Shown in pieces: positions 26,401 through 38,400 of a stretch of 64,000 nucleotides of DNA. How positions within the stretch are numbered: the first letter of the stretch is position 1; every line of letters starts with the position of its first letter. Source of the DNA: Bispira polyomma (Eukaryota); NCBI GenBank assembly GCA_965649765.1, contig OZ287748.1, positions 73,842,001 through 73,906,000 of the forward strand. The letters run 5' to 3'. A program made the position numbers and the translations under genes. The notes under the pieces were generated by a model, which was given only the letters and a program-made list of their open reading frames with translations, was not told the origin of the DNA and did not search any database.

Positions 26401-29400
26401 CTATAGACAGGTTAACTCAATTAGGATTTTCCTAGCCAGTGAAATGCCCTGAAGGGGTAAACACACAGTTCAACTAAACTCTCTGCAGTGGCATATGGTC
26501 AGACCAAAAGATAATCAGCTACAATTTCTCAGGTACACACACATTGCTGTCAGTGTTACAAAGTATTGACAAAAAATATATAGCGCTCTTTATTTCTTGT
26601 TGTAATGTGCAAGTGAAAACTTTAATTTGAGTAATATTTAAAATAGAGGAAGTGAAACTCATGTCTTTAGCTTTTATAGCATTGGTTCGTAGTTACTTCA
26701 GATTCCATACCAACGCTTGTATCAACAATGTTAATTCAGAAATAGAAATAAGAGACCATGTCACTTTTGAGAGCACGTATTTACATGTACATATCTTTAT
26801 ATTAAAATAACTTTTTTTTCTATGTAAATTTATCCAAAAAAAAAAAAAAATGCAACCATTAAGTTAAATGAGCATGTGCCCAACTGTTGCAATTGACTTG
26901 GAGTTTTTTTCTTTTATGAATCCTATCTATAAATATAATATATACATGTATACTTCTCTTTCTGTTAAGAGCATATTGAATATGATCGCCTTTCATATTG
27001 TCAAGCCTTGTTAACTGCCCCAGCAGACTGAAACTTAATATATTAAGTTTTTCATTAACTGTAAGAAACCCACTAACTCAAACCCAGAGATCGAGTCCAG
27101 TTACTTCATCAGTTCTCTAGCCATGAAAAAAAGAAAGATGTATCTTCTTTCAAATTAAATACACTTTACTGTCTCCTCATCTTAAGGTATATGACACTGT
27201 AACAGTGCCGTAATATATAATATATAAAAAACAAAAGGCATAGAATTTCTTAAAAAACTGTTTGTGGCCGTATTCCTGAAAGATCTTAAGCTCAACTCGG
27301 ACTCAAGCTCAAATCTGAAGTTCCCGTACATCTCTGGTTGGCGTGAATATACATATACTTAACATCTGACTTCATATTTGAATTCAGCGCTGAAAGGTCA
27401 ATTAAAATGAATAGTCACAAGTATAGGTTGCTTCCATATACAAGGACTTTCACACATATAGCCTTCATTTAAGTTGAGTCTAAGTTATAGTCTGAGTTTC
27501 TTTAGAGAATACAGGCTATGAATAATAATTTAAAAAAAAAAGAAACGGCAAGGCCCAGATCATCGGAGAAAACCCACAAGCTAGGGTAACAAGGTAAACA
27601 TTTGACATTCACTGTCTTACTGACTGTAACCCTACCTTTTAAGACAATAACTTGACTTTTATAGATGAACAAGTTTGGCCTAAATTTTGGGAAAACAACT
27701 AGGTTTATCTAACTCAAGACAATATGCACTAAATGGATATATATATTGCACATTTCCAATATGATATTGATTCAAATATGCAACAAAATTAAATTACAAA
27801 AAATTCTTTTGATGGTTTTTATTTGAGCTGGCTTGTTTTTACTGTCTAATCTAATCAAGCTTTGTATATTACAGGGTATGGATCGATATCAATTAAAAAC
27901 CTCTATTATATTAATCTTCTAGTATTAGTATAAAATCTTAATCCTGTGTTTTGCTTATAAGAGGTTTCATCCACTGTATTACACAGAACTTACTAACGTT
28001 ACCATTTCTGCCTGAGCTTGTATGGCCTTTAAAACATAACATTATTGAACATTTTCAAAAACTTTTTAATTAGCTTGCTGCCAATAACAAGAGTAGAGAG
28101 ATTCTCTTCCATTTAAATTTGAATCTAAGTAATATAACACTTGTCCAGATTTGCTCAGCTGTCACTTAACCGGTGGGGCCTCAATTGGAAGGCTTCAATG
28201 CCTGGCACATGTCACTCGAGATCAAATTCGGTCTTTACTTAGCTCAATTTGACCACAATTTACACACGTATATAATTGTATAGAGGACATTTGTAGTTAA
28301 ACTTCAATAGTCTGTTTCAGATTTTTTATTGAAGGAATCAAACTTTCACCATTTTTTCTGAAAAAAAAATGTGTTATAAAATTTTGGCCAAAATTAAGGA
28401 GAGGAATGTAGACTATACTTAAAATAGGCTGATTGTGATCAGAGATAAAAATTTTGAGCCAAGAAAGGAGTACATATAGTTTGTTAGAATTACTTCAGAT
28501 TTTCCAGTAAATCAAGCATTACGATGTTTTCAATGATTATGTCTTTTTTCTTACCTAATTGGTAGCACTATTGTGCATTGCAATCTTATTTCATGTATTT
28601 TTCTTTCTACGTTCAGTCATTTACATACTCTTCCAAAATGATATACACATTAATAAAGTATGATTTCTAAAGATAAAAGGAGAATTTCTGTTGAATGTTG
28701 GTTCTTTATGTTTCAGGCTGATTTATTTCTGATCATTTCATAACATTTATAATTTATTCCGATTTAAAGATTGACATATTTGTTGTGTTACCTATAATGT
28801 GGTTAAGAGCTTTTCTTGAAAGACATTTTTGATGAATTATATATGAAACATGAGATACTTTCTACAGCAAGGAAATTTCTGGCGTATAATAAAGTTATCT
28901 TTTACACATTTACATATAAAAAGAAGTTATGCATAAAAAACCCCACTTGTTATTGTAATGTGAGACAAAATCATAAGCTTTAAGAAATATATCTCTGTAT
29001 ATATAACTTCTCTTTCAGCTCAAACCATTAAATAATATTCATCAATCTCAATACTTGTTTAATGTTTGATTATAAATTTGTAAATAAGGTTTTATTGATA
29101 AAACAGTGACATTATTTCTTATGGTCTGACCTTAACTTTCAATCAAAAAAACAGCCACTTGTTTGAAAAATCTTTTCATACATTAAAAACATCAATATAC
29201 AAATGCACTACCTGTCACATATTGAACAGTATTGGCAAGTCTAATTCATCAAAGTTAATTACAATTTATATGTTTTCTATGATTTGACTGCCTGAGAAAG
29301 AAAAAAAAAGAGACAATTTTCTGATAAATTAATGATCATCAATATTAAAACAATAATTCATAATATTAAACAGACATCTATTGGCAATTTTAGGCTCATA

Positions 29401-32400
29401 CATAATGTTTTTCGCCAAGCTTCTGAAGCAATAACAACCATTTCCTGTCAAGTAGCATTTACCTGGAAATCACACATGCTACTTTTTTAAAACCTAAACT
29501 TAAGCGAAAAGACAAATTACTTCCAAATTTGTGTAGGAGGCAATAAATATGGTTAATCGATCTTTTAGTTTTAAAATCTTTTTTTTCAACATTCATGTAT
29601 ACAGAATTTCAATTGATATACAGTCATATTTTACAAAATATTTTATGGTCCCATAAAATAAAAAATAAGAAAAATCTTAATGTTAAGCATACTTTCATTG
29701 AACATCTTTCCAATATTCCCTATTTATTGATGAATTTAAAAAAACAACAATCTAACAATGACTATTGTAGCATGTACCTTTTGCAAGGCAATAAAAACAA
29801 GATTTATCTTCAAATTGCGCAATGAGTAAAAGCTGTTATCATCGGACACTCTGTCACAGACAGACTCTTAGAAGTCCCAAATGCTCTGTCCTACAGCTGA
29901 AATATGATGCCATGTAACATGTGATGTCTTTTGAATTCTCGTCAATGAAATATAAAAGCAGCTTCATAATTTTCACTTTCTTTTTGAGAAGATTGACAAA
30001 AAAGAGAGAGAAAAAAATGGGGATAAAGTAGCCTATTATTATCTATTTAAATTGAGAGCCTTAAATGTTGGATTTGTATTTCACAGTTTCTATACAGCTG
30101 AGCTTACGATTACAAAACAGTGGTAATGGAGTTTTAATCGATACATGGCGATTGCCCCCCACCCCTCCCCCCATACCCTAGTTCTTGCTCAAAAGTAGGT
30201 AAAAATATGACTACCCCAGTTTTATTCCTTTTAATACAAGTCACATATAAAATTTATAGGTTTGTGTGTATGTGAAAGCAATAAGGCATCCAACCTTAAT
30301 TCTATGATCTTTAATATACTAGAATACTTTACCTTTTCTTTTGAGAACTACTTTCAATATGGCCGAGCCCTGTTTTGGTGAAATCTAAAGTTTAGCTGAT
30401 TTGACCATAGCAAAGACTTTAGGGGTAATAAAATAAGAGACAATGTACAGAAAATACACCAACCTCTGAAATAACTCTTTATCCTGAAGTAACTAGCCGC
30501 TAGTCTCAATACGGAGAGTTTGTCAAGCTTGGAGATGACGCTTTGCTCAAATGGCAGAAGACTGGCTAAGTGGTCAAGTTCTGCGTTAAGTCGCTCACGG
30601 TGGCGCTTGCTTGGGTTGCTTTTAGGAGGGTCCTTCATTGGTGGCTTCACACTGTGGGAAGAAGGAATAAACAATATAACATTACTAATATATCTAAAAA
30701 AACTCTTATCTTTGCCAAATATTTTATATTGTATACTAAAATCAAGGTTATAACAGAATGTCTGACATAAAAGTTAATAATCTTCAAACCTTTTGGAGCT
30801 CCTACACAATATTTGGCTACAGTAACCAAGATGTCAGAAAACAAGGAGTCTCTTAATTGAAGTTCCCTAAGAACATTAACTCAAATCTGTGCTACTATTA
30901 AAGCAAGCACTAAAGAAAATATGAAAATTAGATGAGGATACAATTATTGCTCTAAATGGCTCCACAGCTGATGCTTAATACACTGTAGATTGTCAAATCT
31001 AAATATTTAACTAATTTAATAAAAAAGATATGACAGATAACAATTAGATTTCCAAAAGGGTGGGGAAGACCCTATTAATGGAAGGATAACTGCTTGTCAA
31101 AAAGAGTGAAAGGCACCCCCCTAGCTCCTCAATGTATGGGGGGGGGCTTTAGTAACCTCCTGAAAAGCCCCCTCTGCTAATCATAACTGACATGTCAATC
31201 AAGCTGCAGAATTTGTGACAATTAACAAGCAAAAGCCCTAGTCATTCATATCACTATCAGACCATTAGAGCTGCTCATTTGGGTTGTGTGGACTGTCCCA
31301 TTTACAGCCAATTTTCTTAAACTCCCTTAGAAAAAGCTTGATCGCTCCCTGTTGGGCAACACAAAGGGATTAGGACACATAATAGTCTTTTCTTGAGACA
31401 GTTTCTCTTTTTTTTTTATGCTTCTCACTAATAATTCTGGGAGCGCTGAGCAGCCTTTATTAAAGATGCTGCCAGTGTATCTGTAGTCCTGCAATACTGG
31501 GGGACATTTAAGTCACTTGGGATAATAATTAAGCCGTACAAATACCCAAACTCACAGATTATCAAATTCTGTATATATCTTTTTAGGCTTTTCAGTTGTT
31601 GGAGTTATTTACAGGCCACACAGTATACGATGCTATAAAATTATGTTCAACACTTTACTCCATAATTACTCATTTTCTATATATTTTTATATTATTTTAC
31701 AGGTATAGATGTTCCTTTTTTAAGCCCAATAATGCAACTAACTATAATACATTTGTATTGAATAAAATTAATATACAAACTATTTTGACTTCGAGGTCAC
31801 CTTAACTGACAGGAGATATTACATAAGACATAGTAACAAGAGGGAAAAGATCTTGTGATTTGACATTCTGATGACCTACTCAACTGAAGCCATTATAAGG
31901 TGACTAATTACTCCTTAAGTTACACAACCTTAGATACCTGTCATCAATGTGGCTGTTACTATCCAGATGTTGTGTACATGTCATGATGTAGAAATTAAAG
32001 ACACAGAGAAATCTTATCACAAGAACTACAAAAATGTCACTGCACTATTATCCATTTGTACAAATTTTATAGAAGAATTTTATACGGGTTTATCAAAACC
32101 AATTTACTACACCATTATCTTTCTTTTACTGTGTTGATATTCCAAGAATTTGGTTAATATACTGTAAACATGTTTATGTTTATATTCCTATAGGTAAATT
32201 CTATATGCCCATTTCAATGAAAACAGCAATTTGTGTACTTTTCCTATGTACTACTTTTTAGAATAAAAATTTTAGCGAAAAATATAATTTTGATTATTCT
32301 TCGACAAATTTTTATCCACTTTCCATTTTAAACTATACATAAAAACATTAATTTCTATTATTATACTTAGTAAAACAATGGCAGTTGTAATGATTTAAAA

Positions 32401-35400
32401 ACTAAACACAGCTCTCTCTACAGTCAAAAGCAAAATTCCAGCTGCCTCCGAAATGACAAGTGAGTGAGGAACTTATGAATCAATCCATGTCTTGAAAATT
32501 CAGCCTCCGAGTGTGTGGTCAATATCAATTTGTAAAATAAATTTTCCAGAGAATTATGGCTGATCCCCATTTAATTGTGCAGCAATTTAGTTCAATCAAG
32601 ATGTTGCTGGTCTCCTCTTCTGGTAGGATTCTTATTAGGCTTACTGAGAGTGGAAGGGAAGAGGTAAAACACACAGTACAGACAGACTGTATTCATGGAT
32701 GTACTCAAAGGCATAGACTTAGAACTGTTTAAGCTATCTGTGTTATATCCTGCTTAATGAATGGTATTATCTACCCTTTTTTTTCTAAAGATTAGTTAAA
32801 AAAATTATAAGTGTAAGATATTGCTATATTACAGTAGATATAAATATAATTGGTATTATTCATACCAAATTTTAACCTTTTATTTTGGTTTTGATTTAAA
32901 AAGGAGTTGCTTCTTACTTTAAGACTCAGTTTTGTCATCAAGTGTAAAACCCCCTTACTACAAGTTACAACCAAGCAGGAAGACTTCCATCTTAGATCAA
33001 TTTCATCTAATGGATCAAATCTTAAGCTTTCAAATGAATCAAGAAGTCTAAATTAAAGTTTACTACTGAGGTGAAACGCATAAATAAAAATTGACTTCAG
33101 GTGAATGGGGAAGCCAAGATTTGCAAAAAAAAACAAAAAAAAAAAAACAACTTTTTTTCTAATTTACAGAAATGTGAAAAAAATATGAAAGGAATTGACT
33201 GGATGACAAATGAGAATCTACAAGCTTTTCTTTACGGAAAAAGGTTCTACAGAGAAGGGGTGATTACGGCATCTTCAAGGGACTTCCGTTTACTAAAGAC
33301 AAGTTAGTAGATCAGGAAATAGAACAATGGGGCGACTGCATAAGGCTCAAATGCCGCATTTTGCTAAGAATCGTTGGCTTCTGAAATGGTTGCCATTAAC
33401 GGCGTCACATTTGTTTCACTCTATAGTTTATGGACATTTTCAGGGCCATCAATATTTTGATTAAGTCTCCTTATTAACACATACTGCAACAATGAATATT
33501 TATTGGCAGAAGCTTTTTAAAATTATGACTATTTATTACATCGAGTTTGATTTAATTTTCTTCTTTTTTTTGTGATGAAAGTAAATGTTGTAATAAAACT
33601 ATTATTTATGATTTAACTGTTTATGAAAGGAGTAGAATTACCTCTCAAATAACAGTTATAAATGATAGTATTAATCGAAGTGTCATTTCTAATTTGACTG
33701 ACTGATTCTTTTAGTTACTTTTTTTTTTTTTTTCGAAAGCTACTTATAATAGTTGTCTTTTACAGTACGGTTGAACCCCCACTTTAAGTAGAATCTCAAG
33801 GGCTCAAGAGAAATAATTTCCACATAACAGGGTACATTAAAAAGTAAAGGCCTCTGTTGAGACTATCAAATTTTCTCAACATGAAAGAGAAATCGACTTA
33901 ACAGAGTTCTACTTACTGCATATTATAATATAGCAAAAAGTATTCTTGCAAACCAGTTCTAAGTAACAGTCTACAATCTGTGAAGAAATCACCAGTTAAT
34001 TGCATTAGCAAAATAGTACACCAAAAAAAACAAGACCAGTGTAATTTGGATAAATGACCATAATTAAAAGTGGTTGAGAGGCCCTCGGGTTGTAGAAGAG
34101 ATTGACATTGGTTTTATTAGTGAAGTGTACCACACTGACCACACTGCACACAGTGGTCTGAAGCTTGGTGACAAGCTTTAGACAGCTTAAAACAACTCAA
34201 GCTGAGGTGGACCTAAAAAGTAGTTTAGTCTCTCCAAAGGGAGCATAGCTAAGCGATATATGAGGACAGTGCTCTTTAAAACCACGGCTAAAAACCCTAA
34301 AAAATGACATTTGCTACAACTTCCGATCAGACTTTTCATTTTAAATAAACTAAACTAAATGAAGAGTTTGTAGATATAACTCTTTACTTGAGGAGGTTAA
34401 GAAGTCTTTGCTTAAAGACATGGTGGTGTAAAAACCTGCAGTTCCTACTACACTTCTTGGTAGGAGGAGCAATTTGTCTCAAGCTGTCACCAAATTACAG
34501 CATACAGTCAAGTGCTCTGTGCACCACTCATTACACACTGAAGCAGATGTTAAGATGCTAAACTACACAGTGTTTAACCACTTCAAATGCTTTGTTTTGG
34601 TCTCAGTCGCTTTTTACATATGTTGAGCTGTGTGGTTTGCAGCCAGAAATCTTTGTATTTTTTTGTTTAAAACTCAATTCTTGAAGAGTGTTGTGGTCTT
34701 ACAAAAGACATCATACGCATGCTAAGACTGCAGTGCCAATAAAATGATGTAAAACATTGCATGAAAGTTGTATTAAGATTATAAAATTGAACAGATGGAA
34801 TGAAGATGCCTAACCTCCTAGATATTCTACTATGTGGCCATTCACATCAAGGGTTTTCCTTCTTTTTTTTTATATTTACTTAAAATAGCAGAAAAACAGC
34901 AATTGTACTTTTATCGCTATATTACTCACCTTTTAAATTGACATTTTACAAAACAAAATCTTACATGCAAGAGAGATTTATATGTCCTTCTAAAGTGACA
35001 CTATTGAGAAGAATCTTATGAGGTTTTAATTTAGGCCAAATGTGAAAAATGACCATGATGAATATGCCTTAAGGTTCCAATCATTGAAAGGTGGTTTTAA
35101 AACCGCTAACCAGTGGACCTATTTTCTTTATACTCTGCTGAAGTTAGTCACAATAAAACCATGAGAGATCGTTAAGCTAATTGTGTAAAAAATACAACCA
35201 TTTTCTATATATTTTGACAAAAGCTGGTTCATGCCCAAATTTACTAGAATTAAACAATGGTAACTATATGTATGAATAAATTTTAATTAGAAACTCCGAT
35301 AAAACACAACAGTAATTAGGTTCTACAATGTGCAATATCTGGGTCTGTATTCTTTAAAGGTCTTCATCTTTAAACTCGCAAATTTAATCTCACAATTTTG

Positions 35401-38400
35401 TCCTGACGTAACTTTGTATACAAGTATTAAATTGATAATCTGGCTACATATTTGAGTTCCTTGCTGAAAGCCCAATTAAAATGAATGTTAACATATCTAG
35501 GATCTACCAATTTATAAAAGAAATCTATACTATATGTGCAATCTAAATTTTAAGTAGGAGGGTTAAGTTTAAAGAATGTTTTGATAAATGTGGCACCTGT
35601 AACACACGTACTACACAAACATGGCTCTGAGACTGAAGAACAAACTCAATAACAAGTGGTATTCAGACTTATTGTCACACATGTTTCTAGTGGCCCCCAC
35701 TTAATTTATTATCTTGTAATAGACATGTATAATTAAGTTGTGTAATTAAACACAGCAAAAATTTGTTTAAGACATTAAAATGTTTAGTGTCATTGAAATG
35801 TGATTTTTCGGAATCAATCTTTTTTCCCCAATGACAATATTATAGAGCTGCTACCAATAACCCCCAGTAACAGGATTAAGAAACACCTTTCACTAAAATA
35901 AATGTAGCCTCATAAAATGGGACAGTTGCATACCTTTTAAACCCAGATGCTGCATCAACTAGTTAACGTAATGAATTTGCCAATACATTTTTTTGATTTA
36001 TAAATCTTTTTCTGCTGGGAAAAAAAGACTATTAAAATACAATTACATTTAAAACTTATATGGAAGTAACAAAAACAAGGAAAGAATCAATCAGAGAAGG
36101 TTATTAGTGACAGACAGATGAGATTGATAGAAGACCATGAGGCCCTGTATTCTCCAAAGAAGACACAAGCTCAAACTCATTAGACCTAACTTAAGTGAAT
36201 GCTTATTATAAATACAATGTACAATCCATCTCTGTAGAAATAACCTGCACTTGTAACCATTTATTTTAAAAGAGCTTTTGGCACAGAATGTAAATATACA
36301 GCCAGATTTTACTTAAATACACTCTTAGCCAAAGATATGATGTGGAGGGCCTCAGGTCTAAAGCTTGAGTTTGAGTTAAGATTTTTGGGTGAATATGGTA
36401 TCTGAGAAAGGTGTTTAGACCTTTAGGTACAACACTCTGTGGTCACAAGCACCCTTGGAAGGGCCGCGATTTTTTAACCAAACTGTCTCAACCAACTTGT
36501 GATTTCTTGCTGTGCCGTGTCATATATTAGGAAAGTGACCCTCCAAAAATGGCAGCATGAACACTATGACAACCCGCCCACTACCCACACTTATAGATAT
36601 ATCTATGTAATGAGAACTTTTTACATGGTTAACACCTTATTATGTAAAACATGGGTGTGTAGTAGTGGTGGTGGTGAGGGGAGTCATGGCGGGAGGGAGG
36701 TTGTGTCAATTAAGTGAGATGTACAGTTTTTTTGTGTTTTAGGCAAGATAATCATCCCACTCACACATATGTACACACACCACACTAAGTGCCCTCCCTC
36801 TTCAAAAATTATAGCAATGCCATCATTTCTACACACAATAACATCGGCTGTGAAGTGATAAGGAGAATAAAATCAAGAAAAAAAAAATCTGTAGAATTTC
36901 AATTGTCAAGGGTGTCAGTGATAATTGCGGGGGCTGATTACAGGTTTTTATGTTGGAGCTTGACACACTGTACTGGTGAGGGTCTTATATGATTACAATA
37001 ACCAGTAGAGGTATATATACGCATACTGCAGGAAACTTCATTCTTTTGGGAAAAATCAACATTATAAGTAATCCGCAAGATAAGTTTAAGTGATAGATAC
37101 CAATAATAACTATATAAACAATTTTGTACATCTAAAGCAACACAATAGCATGTCATTTTTCTGACATTGAGAATTTTAAGAGGGTTTTAAGAGTCAGCTT
37201 AGAAAGGCTTTATATATAATAACAGTTTGACTATTGCGGAGGACGGAAGGTACAATTTCATCTCCCAATCCCAAGGCCCTCGCAACAATTCACCATCATT
37301 ATTTTTTACACCAGTTTCACCATCTCTGTTGAGAAGTGGTCTATTTTGTAATCAAACCTGGCTGTGTATAGAAATATAAATGGCTTTAAGAATGTCATAA
37401 CTTACTGAACTGAACCCCCCTCGCCCCCTGGTTTTCTCTCCTTACATTTTATAGAAGTGTACAATTATATATATTATATAAACTGGTTTCATTTATAAAA
37501 TTTGTTTTTAGGAGAGTTTTATTCCTCTTCTTGTTGACTCTCTTTGCAAAACAAACAGCAATACATGCTTCAGAGAAAATGCTAGTTTGTCTTTTTATTC
37601 CATCTCCCCAAATCAACCCCCCACCCCACACCCTTTTCCCCCTTCCCCCGGAATGAAATGTTACAAATTACTGGGTAGTCTCCCTTCACTACTACCCCCT
37701 CAGGGCTCATATATAGAAGTCACATATATCAAAATACACACCTTTACCTCCCCCCTCCTCCCCTACTCCCCCCACACACTCTATTTATATAAAACTTTTT
37801 AACCCTCCCCACAAACATTTTAATTTCTTACTGTTATATTATACCTGTAGGGCCCAGGGAGATATATCTTATGATGGGGGAGAGACCAGACTATGGTACA
37901 ATATTTGTACACACAGAAAGAGCCTTTCACAGAACCCTGTATATACCATATTCTGTGTATTAAAACACCCCACTAATAATACACACCCCCTAATTTGTGT
38001 TTTGATTCTAAACAAACTACAGTATTATTAATATCCTTTTTTAACGCACTTTATTGATGCTGGTCATCTTCTAAAGTCCAACAGAAGAATCAGTGACTTG
38101 GTATATATTGTGAGTCAGGTTACTGATTTGATGGTGCTCCTTTGATTTTGCTAGTATGGAGACATTAAGGGCTTGGATTCCTGATTGGTGGATTAGCGGA
38201 ATAGTAGAGTAGTTTATATCTATTATTGTGGTAGCTTTAATGTTAAAATCTTCATAGTCGAGCCTATACAGTGGTAATATTTCCGTCATAAAATACCAAT
38301 TATGTGCCATATGTCTAATTTTTACTTCACTGTTCCTCCTTTTAAAAAATTTGACCTAAATATCCACTAATTTCACATTTTTTTTCAAATTTGACCGTAT

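Noticed and set aside
30636-30638. Internal ATG in exon 2 (MKDPPKSN) as the main start
   Set aside because: It has a weak context (C at -3), and a well-formed upstream coding exon with the conserved basic motif exists.
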